From assembly GCA_963783575.1 (NCBI GenBank), contig CAWAOD010000016.1, positions 96,001 through 160,000 on the forward strand: a stretch of DNA of 64,000 nt, in the 5' to 3' direction. Origin of the DNA: an uncultured Spirochaetota bacterium (GTDB lineage Bacteria; Spirochaetota; Brevinematia; Brevinematales; JAOACQ01). Positions within the stretch are counted from its first letter, which is position 1, and the number at the start of each line of letters is the position of its first letter. Under the pieces are notes generated by a model. It was not told where the DNA came from. It saw only the letters and a list, made by a program, of their open reading frames with translations, and did not search any database. The position numbers and the translations under genes are program-made. Of the stretch, positions 19,956-28,871 are shown piece by piece.

Positions 19956-21672
19956 GAGCCTGTAGAAAAAGTCCGTCATTCATGTACAGAATATCGTATA
20001 TACTTTAAAATATATTGGAAATAAAATCAAGAGGTAAAAGCAATTATGGCAAGATATAAGAAAGTTAATTACGATCAAATGGAACTCATACCTGTCTCAT
20101 TCGATGAGCAGATTATACCGGGAACATTCGAATATACATTGAGCTTTCTTGTCGACAATAAAACTGATCTTAAAATCTTTGAGAATAAGTATAAGAACGA
20201 TGCTACCGGTGCCCCGGTTTATAATCCGCGGGTTAGGCTGAAGATAATACTCTACAGCTATTCCCGCGGCATTTTTACATCACGTGAAATCGAATATTTG
20301 AGTAAAACGAATATTATAGCCAAAGCCATTTCCGCCAATTCAATACCGCACTTTACTTCAATCGCCGATTTTGTTTCTTCGATGAAAAATGAGATAAATA
20401 CCGTATTCCTGAATATATTGATGGTTTGTGACGAACTGAATCTCATAGGCGGGGATATGTTCGCGCTGGACGGGTGCAAACTATCGTCAAATGCATCAAA
20501 GGAATGGAGCGGAACATTTAAGGATTTGAAGAAGAAAAAAGAGAAGCTGGAAAACCTGGTTAAGGAAATGCTTGATGAACATGAAAAGCGTGATCAGGAC
20601 GGCGGTTTTCCTGAGAAGGATAAGGAAAAAGATCTGGCACGGATCGAGAAGATTTTAAAGAAAGCTGAAAAGATAGAAAAGTTTCTGGAAAGTGAAAAAC
20701 CCAAAGACAAGGCACGGCATGGTGAAAAGCAGTCCAATGTCACTGACAACGAGAGTGCGAAAATAAAGAGTTCACATGGTGTTATCCAGGGCTACAACGG
20801 ACTTTCTGTAGTGGATTCGAAGTATCAGGTTGTGGTATATCCCGAAGCTTTTGGGAGCGGGTCTGAGGGGGAATTCCTGAAAGGGATGATCCGTAAAGCA
20901 AAAGTAGAATTGGGAAAAGATTTAAAGGATAAAATAATCACCGCGGACACCAATTATTTCAGCGAAAAGAACCTGAAATATATTTCGCAAAACGGTATGA
21001 AACCGGTCATCCCGGATACGAATTTCAGGAAGCGCGATTGCAGGTTTGAAACCGCTGACAGACATAAGCCTGCGAAGAAAGGGCAGTATACAATTGATGA
21101 TTTTCAATATGATCCGGAAAATAATGTTTATATATGCAAGAAAGGAGAGGAACTCCGGTTCAGAAATAACCATACGGTGAATCATATTACATATGCGAAG
21201 TATATCTGCCGGTTATCGGCCTGCCGCGGTTGTAAATTCCGGAAAGACTGCCTGAAAAGAGATACGGTCAGATACCGTACTCTACAAAGGCCATTGAATG
21301 CGGATAACAGACATTACTCGGACGAAATGAGAAAGTTCATAGATACACCTGAAGGCAGAAAGCTTTATGCGAAAAGAATGGCTATAGTTGAGCCTGTATT
21401 CGGGAATATAAGGGCATGTAAAGGTATGGATCGATTTACGCTGAGGGGAAAGGGAAAAGTGAATATTCAATGGGTATTATATAATACTGTGCACAATATC
21501 GGGAAAATTCAGGTCTATGGAGGTATATAATGGCATAGTGATGGAATAAAAGCAGTTTTGCCGGTAAATTCAGCCCGGTTTTATATAAAAAAGTGATTCC
21601 AGACAGATCAAAAAAAACATACTGTTTGGGAATGGAGTATTATTACCTGAAATTAACTTTTTCTACAAGGCC
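19956..21672 (+). mobile_element. IS1182-family insertion sequence
   Basis: IRs GAGCCTGTAGAAAAAGT / GGCCTTGTAGAAAAAGT; GTT duplicated at 19953-19955 and 21673-21675. Confidence 0.9.
20046..21530 (+). CDS. IS1182-family transposase
   Basis: PHFTSIADF, ALDGCKLSSNASKEWSG, ADTNYFS, VEPVFGNIR. Confidence 0.95.
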   Translation: MARYKKVNYDQMELIPVSFDEQIIPGTFEYTLSFLVDNKTDLKIFENKYKNDATGAPVYNPRVRLKIILYSYSRGIFTSREIEYLSKTNIIAKAISANSIPHFTSIADFVSSMKNEINTVFLNILMVCDELNLIGGDMFALDGCKLSSNASKEWSGTFKDLKKKKEKLENLVKEMLDEHEKRDQDGGFPEKDKEKDLARIEKILKKAEKIEKFLESEKPKDKARHGEKQSNVTDNESAKIKSSHGVIQGYNGLSVVDSKYQVVVYPEAFGSGSEGEFLKGMIRKAKVELGKDLKDKIITADTNYFSEKNLKYISQNGMKPVIPDTNFRKRDCRFETADRHKPAKKGQYTIDDFQYDPENNVYICKKGEELRFRNNHTVNHITYAKYICRLSACRGCKFRKDCLKRDTVRYRTLQRPLNADNRHYSDEMRKFIDTPEGRKLYAKRMAIVEPVFGNIRACKGMDRFTLRGKGKVNIQWVLYNTVHNIGKIQVYGGI

Positions 21673-21709
21673 GTTGTACGAAGTTTGGCTGCCAATGTTT
21701 AACTAATAA

Positions 21710-22537
21710 CTATTTTGAAATAACAGTTACATCTTTATCTAAATTTTCGAATACATAATCTATATTGGAAGTAAATTCATTATATTGATCATTTTTCTCA
21801 ACATCGAAAATTACGATAATTAAAGAATCAAAATATTTTACATGTCTAACTGTTTGACCAAATAATCTATCATATTCTTGGAAATTAGGTGATTTCTTTA
21901 ATTCTATTGGATATTTATCATTTATTATTAAGTCGGCCTTACTATCACCTTTTTCTTCACTAACTTTATATTTTAAATTTTCAAAATGACTTCTAAGTTC
22001 AACTTTATAACCTTCTTCTTGATTACGCTTACGTGCAGGAATCCATGAAATTATAATATCAACAATTTTATCATATTCATTCTTTTTAATTGGTTCATAA
22101 TTAGGAATATTTAAATCTGAATAATTTTGAATAATATTTATGACATCAAACCATTCTGTTTGATTTTTGTATTTTTCTAGAAATATTTTAGGAATCTCTG
22201 ACCAAATTAAATTGTGTGGCGCATGTGTAATACTGCTAGCTCTTGGTCTAATATTTTCATAACTCCAATCTGCTTGAGTTGGAAATTTATTTAATTTTCT
22301 ACATAATTCACCCCACTTTATAAAAATATTATCAGTTGGTGTTTTTTCATGGAAAAATGTATTAGGTGTATCTCCACATTCTATTTGTAACTTTGAAAAT
22401 GCATTACTACCAAATAAACTACCTAAAACCTGACTAGTAATTTTTATATATTTAAGAAAACTAACAGAATCTGGTTTTTTACCCATTTTTTGTTTAAGTT
22501 CAAGATATTTTCTTTTGCATTCTTCTTTGTCTATCAT
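21710..22537 (-). CDS. homing-endonuclease-associated repeats fused to a PD-(D/E)XK-like nuclease, gene cassette
   Basis: Two N-terminal units (MGKKPD..., LNKFPTQADW...); C-terminal EE...KADLIINDKYPIELKK...GQ..RH. Confidence 0.6.
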   Translation of the reverse strand: MIDKEECKRKYLELKQKMGKKPDSVSFLKYIKITSQVLGSLFGSNAFSKLQIECGDTPNTFFHEKTPTDNIFIKWGELCRKLNKFPTQADWSYENIRPRASSITHAPHNLIWSEIPKIFLEKYKNQTEWFDVINIIQNYSDLNIPNYEPIKKNEYDKIVDIIISWIPARKRNQEEGYKVELRSHFENLKYKVSEEKGDSKADLIINDKYPIELKKSPNFQEYDRLFGQTVRHVKYFDSLIIVIFDVEKNDQYNEFTSNIDYVFENLDKDVTVISK

Positions 22538-22581
22538 AAATCACCTCAAAAAATTAAACTAAATGCTGGCAGCCAAATTTC

Positions 22582-22944
22582 GTACAACGGAGCGGCTATG
22601 CGACGTTTGCAAGCCTTAGCGCCAGCCCCGCGCGCTTAGGCTTGCAAATGTGGTGAGCCCGTAAACAATGACTTCTATTTTATTAATTATCATAGTCAAG
22701 TTGAACTCCTTTCTCTTTTTACCAAAAGCAAAAACGGGCGAACCCGAGGAGCGCAGGAAAAACTTTTCTCTTCTTCTCCGTTACGCCCTGAAAAGTTTTT
22801 TCGAGCACCGGAGCGTATAGCCGCTGTTGAGCCTGTAGAAAAAGCCCTTTTCTATAAAATTGCGAAATTATAATTCTATATTATATAATAAATTAATTTT
22901 CAGATATTTCTCAAAAATCCACTTTTCCTACAGGCTCGTTAGCT
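22582..22944 (-). repeat. long attC-like site 5 (about 250 bp without the MITE)
   Basis: GTACAAC-GGAGCGGCTATGCG...CGTATAGCCGCT-GTT outer arms; inner hairpins TTGCAAGCCTTAGCGC/GCGCTTAGGCTTGCAA and AAAAACTTTT/AAAAGTTTTT. Confidence 0.85.
22829..22937. mobile_element. 109-bp MITE, non-autonomous relative of the IS at 19956
   Basis: IRs GAGCCTGTAGAAAAAG / GAGCCTGTAGGAAAAG; GTT duplicated at 22826-22828 and 22938-22940. Confidence 0.88.
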
Positions 22945-23002
22945 GATGGGCGCGGGAAAATCGGTACAATCAGCTAAGCCAAGGATGGCGATGTTTATTA
23001 TT

Positions 23003-24088
23003 TCAATCAAATGCATATTCACCGTTGTCTTTAACAAATGATGCGGCCACCTTCTCTGCTTTTACATCATCTTTTAAAATATATTTGCAATAATTATAAG
23101 TACTTTTTATGAAAGAATATATTCCACGACCATAAACATAGTCTGTATCATAAGTAGTCTTGATATTGTTCCTATTGCAATACTGTACAAGTTCCCAACC
23201 TGACATTTTATGATTTCTTTCAGATAAATATTCTGCTAATGAAACGATATTTTCTTTCCTTAAATCAAGATAATTATTATTTAATAATGAATCTATATTT
23301 AATGATTCTTTTTTTTTAATTTTTAATTTCTGCTTGATAAATAAATTAAGATTTGATAAGCTTTTCTCATATCCTATTTCCATATTTATCCAAGTAGGAT
23401 GAGCATGCCAGAAAATATGAGTCGAATCAATTTGACAATATTTTAAATGTTCATCAATGTCTTCAAAGTTAATTTTATCATCTGAAGTTAACTTAAAGTA
23501 ATTTTCGTCAAGATTCCAGTTTAAAATAACAATTATATCAGGTGATAAAGATTCAATTAAATAATGTACATTGTCCATTTTTTTAGAAAATGCTTTTACT
23601 TTATTATAATCATCCAATATAATATTTTGGTTATTTGGAATTTGGTCGTAAGGGCTAATAATATTAGTATTACCCCATACAAAACTACTTAAAATTTGAG
23701 GTATTTCATTATTTTTTAGTTTTTTCCAATCATTGATTTCATAAAATACAGCTAAAAATTGTAAAATATAATCCCAGAAACTTTTTCCAAAATTATTTGT
23801 ATAATTTAAAAATTCAAAATCATCAAAATCAACTTCATTCCTAAAAAGAGAATCAATTGAGCACTTATTAAAATGTTCAATAAAATCTTTCATAATACCA
23901 TAGCCTTTTGCATCTCTACCAATAAAAGCAATTTTATATTTTGTAAATGGATAACTTTTCCCAAAACTAGGAAGACAAGGTTCTGGTATCCCTGATAAAT
24001 TTAAATTTTCTATATCTAGCATAAATTGTTTTATCATTGGTAAATAAACATTAGTAAACTGATTTTTAATCTTCTCTAAATTTTCCAC
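23003..24088 (-). CDS. uracil-DNA-glycosylase-superfamily-like protein with extra C-terminal domain, first cassette
   Basis: GTG start after AGGAG; KIAFIGRD, FVWGN, PDIIVIL, HAHPT follow UDG-superfamily motif order. Confidence 0.55.
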   Translation of the reverse strand: MENLEKIKNQFTNVYLPMIKQFMLDIENLNLSGIPEPCLPSFGKSYPFTKYKIAFIGRDAKGYGIMKDFIEHFNKCSIDSLFRNEVDFDDFEFLNYTNNFGKSFWDYILQFLAVFYEINDWKKLKNNEIPQILSSFVWGNTNIISPYDQIPNNQNIILDDYNKVKAFSKKMDNVHYLIESLSPDIIVILNWNLDENYFKLTSDDKINFEDIDEHLKYCQIDSTHIFWHAHPTWINMEIGYEKSLSNLNLFIKQKLKIKKKESLNIDSLLNNNYLDLRKENIVSLAEYLSERNHKMSGWELVQYCNRNNIKTTYDTDYVYGRGIYSFIKSTYNYCKYILKDDVKAEKVAASFVKDNGEYAFD

Positions 24089-24149
24089 AAAAATCTCCTT
24101 GCGGCAGGACGCCGCATCTTGTTCAAAACAAAAATCTCCCGTGCCTTTC

Positions 24150-24181
24150 AGCTAACTCGATATATACGCATTGCGTATATC
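24150..24181 (-). other. array start; candidate attI-like junction
   Basis: Cassette-start GTTAGCT (minus) preceded by the palindrome ATATACGCA-T-TGCGTATAT rather than by an attC. Confidence 0.45.
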
Positions 24182-24385
24182 ATGCCATTTTGGCACTAAT
24201 TACACAGTTATTGAATTCATTGTTTAAAAACAATAAAACTTCCGGCCAACGGAGTGGAATAATTTAATTATAGCATTTTAATTTATTGATTGTCAAGAAG
24301 GCCATTCACAATCCCGCCGTGGTTTCCCGTAAATCTTAGGCTCAATGAAACAACCAGCTTAAATACTCCCCGCAGCATGAGTGCC

Positions 24386-24484
24386 ATACAACCTCGTGTT
24401 GTTCGCCGAACTTTGGTTCGGCGGCCTGTGTGACAATAGTGAAGATATCATGGAACCTCCGTGTTCCATTGGTTGCTTGTGCTC
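24386..24484 (-). repeat. dispersed ~100-bp three-hairpin element
   Basis: Reverse complement aligns with the units at 50421-50620. Confidence 0.75.
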
Positions 24485-24909
24485 ACAGGTTTAGATAACA
24501 ATTCTTATCCCGTAGTGGTTTCCTGTTAGCATAGGATAAAGGATTAATTAAAGCTGAAAAAATCAAGCGCATTATCCACTTTCATAGGAAAAGAATTTCG
24601 AATGTGGTAAGCGCAGGATGTGCGTCAGCGGCGAATCAAAACAGGACGTTTTAATGAGTCGCTATTTTAGTAAATAAGAATATCAATTAATAATCGGATA
24701 ATGCAACTATTATTATCAGATATCTACGCTATGAAAACCACGTAGGGTGACTTTTCTTTTGGTCAATCAAAAGAAAAAGGACGAAAGCTCCTCCGCCATG
24801 GCTTTATGGCGATTTTCCGCTTTTAAGATAAAATACCTATTGTATTTTTAACATAATCAGTGTATGCTAATATCATAATTAAGAATTTTAAATTCAAAGG
24901 AGATTTTTT

Positions 24910-25773
24910 ATGACAATATTTATTCGCTTAACCGTGATTGTTTTAATATGCTGGGTATTCATTACCCCGGCATTCCCGATGGGCGGAAAAATTCAGAAAA
25001 TTCCCATGAAAACATACCCGAATATAGACATACCTGACGGTGAGTTTCTCCATTACGGTTATTATAACGGCGGTGAAAAAGAAAGCGACTATTATATGGT
25101 TACAAAAAAAATAACAAATGAAAAGGGTAAACTTTTGTACTGTACATACAGTCTGGAAAGACCGCTTTCCGGTAATATAAAACCGGCAAAAAAATATACG
25201 GAATGGCCGTCTTATATTTTGATCGATCCGGAACAGGGCTCGGTAATTGAATCCGAGTTAAATAACAACAATACCAATTCAAATGACCCGGACTCATCAA
25301 ATCCTTACTATAATATAGTTTACACGCATTATCAGATGTATACTGACAAGGGATACGTGGAATATATATCAAGGGTAAAAAACAAAAAAGAATTGACGGA
25401 AAGCAGGTACAGGGTTAACATAACTCCCGGTTTTCCATACTGGGACGGCCCGTCATTTTTTTATTTCCCGGCCCGTTTTATGGATATCCGGAGCCAGGGG
25501 ACAATGTTTTTAATAACGCCCGAGTACCTGAAAGACCCGATGCCTTTCTCCTTTAAATATGAAGCCGATGAAACAATCCGGACAAAAGCCGGTACTTTCC
25601 ATACAAAAAAACTAAGTGTTGTCACGGGCGATCCTTTCATAAGCAAGCTAAGCGAGCCACTGTTAAAGAGATTTGCAACCTGGATCGAGGATTCTGACAG
25701 AAGACTGGCTGTAAAGGTTCAGATCGCGTATGGTGGAGAGCTTGTGCTTGAGGAAATTTCAAATGTCAGATAA
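24910..25773 (+). CDS. exported hypothetical protein (DUF3108-like C-terminus)
   Basis: Signal peptide; ETIRTKAGTFHT...TWIEDSDRRLAVKV. Confidence 0.65.
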   Translation: MTIFIRLTVIVLICWVFITPAFPMGGKIQKIPMKTYPNIDIPDGEFLHYGYYNGGEKESDYYMVTKKITNEKGKLLYCTYSLERPLSGNIKPAKKYTEWPSYILIDPEQGSVIESELNNNNTNSNDPDSSNPYYNIVYTHYQMYTDKGYVEYISRVKNKKELTESRYRVNITPGFPYWDGPSFFYFPARFMDIRSQGTMFLITPEYLKDPMPFSFKYEADETIRTKAGTFHTKKLSVVTGDPFISKLSEPLLKRFATWIEDSDRRLAVKVQIAYGGELVLEEISNVR

Positions 25774-25802
25774 AAAGAAATGAATTATGCCCCAACAATC
25801 CT

Positions 25803-26117
25803 TTATTTTATGCTGTTAGCTACAAGTCCAATAATCAGCCCGCTGATTATACCGATGATGTTTATCGGCAGATAAGCCCTTGTGATTATAGATGTCGGAA
25901 GGCTTAAACCAAATCCTATTATCCCGCCGGCGATAACAGGGCTTACTCCAAGATTAACATTGGGAATGATCAGACCGACCATAAATCTTTCCAGAAAAGC
26001 CCCGAGGATCGCCTCTGTCTTTTTCCTGCTATCCTCGAATTTCATAGGAAGCATAATAACCGCGTCAAAAACTCCAAAAACAAGACCACAGATAACGCCT
26101 AAAAAAATCCTGTTCAT
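25803..26117 (-). CDS. small membrane protein
   Basis: GGAGG RBS; four Gly-rich hydrophobic helices. Confidence 0.8.
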   Translation of the reverse strand: MNRIFLGVICGLVFGVFDAVIMLPMKFEDSRKKTEAILGAFLERFMVGLIIPNVNLGVSPVIAGGIIGFGLSLPTSIITRAYLPINIIGIISGLIIGLVANSIK

Positions 26118-26168
26118 CCCTGCCTCCTAATTATCAGTTATTTTAAAGAAAGGACTTTAAATCAATTT

Positions 26169-26624
26169 TTATATCTTGTCTTTTCTGCCAAGTATTCTCT
26201 CGAATTTACTCAAGATAAGCCTGAAGTCTTCAGCTTTTTTGCTGAAATCATATCTCTCATCCTCAGGAATATCTTTTAGATGATGATAGATGAACATTTC
26301 AACATCTGAAAACTTGTTATGATAGCATTCGGACATAAATTCGGAATACAATTTCATCTCTGCTTCCGGGATTCTATTGGTGCCCGAAGAATCAACGGAA
26401 CATGTAAAAATGTGGCCGTAAAACAAAATACCGAGTTCGCTTTTTGCTAATGAATAAACAGGAATGTGCTGCTGATTGATTTTTGATAAGACCTTGTATA
26501 AATCCGCCGATGTTTCGGGGCTTAAAAATTTCATATTATCAAAGATTATTTCATTTTTATCTGTTTCACGGAAACTGATATCCTTATTAGCCGGACCGGT
26601 TTTACGGTCAATAAAATTATCCAT
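26169..26624 (-). CDS. hypothetical protein
   Basis: 151-aa ORF with GAGG RBS. Confidence 0.65.
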   Translation of the reverse strand: MDNFIDRKTGPANKDISFRETDKNEIIFDNMKFLSPETSADLYKVLSKINQQHIPVYSLAKSELGILFYGHIFTCSVDSSGTNRIPEAEMKLYSEFMSECYHNKFSDVEMFIYHHLKDIPEDERYDFSKKAEDFRLILSKFERILGRKDKI

Positions 26625-27018
26625 TTTAACCTCAAATAAAATTATATTATATAAGTTATTATAATCATTATTATTAAAAAAATAAAGTTATTGACAGGCT
26701 GTAATTTTCTTTACTTTTAATGACTTAATTATTACTTTAAAATATTAATAAATATAATTATGACACTTCCCGTCTTTATATGAATAATAGATGATCCTCA
26801 AAAGATAATAAAAAGTGCTGATTGTTTCAAACAACACTGTTTTTTTTGATAAAAACAGATCATTATAAGGCTTTTTTAATATGCTTTTCTAATCATAACT
26901 TTTAATCTAACTTTTTTGTTCAATGTATTTTAAATTTATTAAATATAATAAAAGACTGAAATAGTGGAATAATTTTGCATTTTATTATAAAATCTTAAAA
27001 ATTCAGGACTGAATAAAA

Positions 27019-28389
27019 ATGAGATTATTAAATTTCTTCTTCGTTTTTTTATATATCTTTATTTATTGCCAGGTTTACGGCAATAAAACTCATGTTATCG
27101 AAAATGGAGTCCTTAATCTGTCGGATTGGAATTTTCAAAGAAACGGGACGGTTGAATTTATTCCCTTCCTGGAAGGAACTTCCGCCAGGTATGACAAAGC
27201 TGAGGATTCCGCAATATTTGATATAACAATAATCCTTCCCGCCGCAAAAACCATTTATATTCCGGAAAACCTTGCCGTAAAAATCCCACCGATCGACACG
27301 GAATATTGCTTATGGATAAATGATGAAATCGCCCTGTCAAACAGATTTGATTATATAAATCATTGGGTAGATGATTACCATAGAAAAACAGAGATAATAA
27401 GTTTTATTAATCACAACGAACCTTTTCATCTTATATTAAAAATCAGCCGGTTTTCCTATATTAAGTTGATAAGGGAGCCATTTCTGATAGGTACGGACAA
27501 ACAGATCCGGGAAATGAGACTGCAGAGTATGTTTAAAGAAGGCATGATAATCGGGGTATTTTTCTTTATTTTTATAATAAATCTATTTTTGTGGATTATA
27601 AACAGGAAACAATATTCCTTTCTGATTATTGGATTATTCTCGCTAATTGAGGCAGTTAATTTAATCGGAAGAGGCGAAACTGTCCGTTTTTTATCATTCA
27701 TTAACGACGACATATATTTAAAAACCCAGTTATTATTTCTTTATTCCAAATTATTATTGATCAGCTCATTTTTCTTATTTCTTTTTTATAAAAAGTCCAA
27801 TTTTTACGCTTATTGTATCTCTTCAGGAGTATTAATAGCTCTTTACCTGACATCCATTTTCCTTCCGGAGAAATATATAATATTATTCCTTTCTGTTTAT
27901 TATTTATTTTTATTAGTAATCCAGCTGTATTACCTTTCACAGGCAGTTTTACTGATGAAAAGCGAAAGAAAAAAGGCTTTTATATCTTTAATTTTAATTT
28001 CTGTTTTATTGGTTTCTTATTTTATAGATACAATAAATTACCATTTATACCTATTCAGCATAACGCTTATTTCTTACGGCTATAATTCAGCCTTAATTTA
28101 TGGTTTTATAGCATTCGCGATCGCTTATACTTATTATCTGTTCATAAACTTAAATATGAATGAAGCTATAAATATTTCTCTTGACAAGTTTGCTTCCGGG
28201 TACGGCTTGTCTCATAGAGAAACCGATGTTCTTATATATTTAATAAAAAGATACGGATATAAGGAAATTGCAAACAAACTTTTTGTATCTTATAAAACCG
28301 TTGAAACTCATGTTTATCATATTTACCAGAAAACCGGCGTCAGCAATAAAGAGGAATTGATAAATCTTCTGGAATCATATCAAAAATAG
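27019..28389 (+). CDS. membrane sensor with 7TM-DISM-like region and LuxR HTH
   Basis: IENGVLNLSDWNF extracellular domain, about seven TM helices, LSHRETDVL...KEIANKLFVSYKTVETHVYHIYQKTGV. Confidence 0.85.
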   Translation: MRLLNFFFVFLYIFIYCQVYGNKTHVIENGVLNLSDWNFQRNGTVEFIPFLEGTSARYDKAEDSAIFDITIILPAAKTIYIPENLAVKIPPIDTEYCLWINDEIALSNRFDYINHWVDDYHRKTEIISFINHNEPFHLILKISRFSYIKLIREPFLIGTDKQIREMRLQSMFKEGMIIGVFFFIFIINLFLWIINRKQYSFLIIGLFSLIEAVNLIGRGETVRFLSFINDDIYLKTQLLFLYSKLLLISSFFLFLFYKKSNFYAYCISSGVLIALYLTSIFLPEKYIILFLSVYYLFLLVIQLYYLSQAVLLMKSERKKAFISLILISVLLVSYFIDTINYHLYLFSITLISYGYNSALIYGFIAFAIAYTYYLFINLNMNEAINISLDKFASGYGLSHRETDVLIYLIKRYGYKEIANKLFVSYKTVETHVYHIYQKTGVSNKEELINLLESYQK

Positions 28390-28435
28390 CCCATTTCTTT
28401 ACAAAACCAGTTGTGTTAGCTAAATCCTAATTCAA

Positions 28436-28520
28436 ATCAGTGGAAATCCCTGATCTTTAAAATTACTTTCAGTGTATTTTCCTGATACATAATTGTAAAA
28501 AATCAGTGATTTTACCTGAT
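28436..28520. promoter_or_regulatory. three 19-bp palindromic boxes WTCAGTG-N6-CCTGAT; putative LuxR operators
   Basis: Copies at 28436, 28468 and 28502, spaced 32 and 34 bp, directly after the LuxR gene. Confidence 0.7.
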
Positions 28521-28582
28521 TTCGATTTATTAATTTTATATTAAAATTATTTTGAATATTAAACTAAAAAAGGATTTTTAAG

Positions 28583-28726
28583 ATGAATCTGAATAAAATT
28601 ATAATTTTAATTTTATCTTCAGTTTTTTTAGTTGCTTCAATAATTATAAGAGAGTTTCTTATGATCAGTTCGATTTTGTTTTTAATAGGTATAGTAGGAA
28701 CATTGTATATAATAAAAGGAATTTGA
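28583..28726 (+). CDS. 47-aa two-TM small protein
   Basis: AAGGA RBS; MNLNKIIILILSSVFLVASIIIREFLMISSILFLIGIVGTLYIIKGI. Confidence 0.5.
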   Translation: MNLNKIIILILSSVFLVASIIIREFLMISSILFLIGIVGTLYIIKGI

Positions 28727-28751
28727 TTATATAATAAAGAAGGCGGTAATT

Positions 28752-28868
28752 ATGACTAATTATTTTTTATCGGATATTGCTGGGTTTAAATATTTGTTAT
28801 ATTCAATATTGATATTTTTAATATGCATAATTTATCTATCATACAATAGATTATTTATCAGGAGGTAA
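28752..28868 (+). CDS. 38-aa single-TM small protein
   Basis: AAGGCGG RBS; stop overlaps the RBS of the next gene. Confidence 0.4.
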   Translation: MTNYFLSDIAGFKYLLYSILIFLICIIYLSYNRLFIRR

Positions 28869-28871
28869 TCT

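Larger units (their letters stand above)
19940..21679 (-). repeat. attC-like site 4, mostly deleted, with IS1182 at the core GTT
   Basis: CGTGTACGCGCT-GTT[IS]GTT-GTACGAAG resembles the CGTATAGCCGCT-GTT end of site 5; remainder absent. Confidence 0.65.

Noticed and set aside
14992..24181. CRISPR array interpretation of the recurring repeats
   Set aside because: Repeats are 100-250 bp and separated by whole genes; no short repeat-spacer periodicity and no cas genes.
24160..24900. Integron integrase next to the array
   Set aside because: No long ORF here and no tyrosine-recombinase motif set in any ORF of the window.
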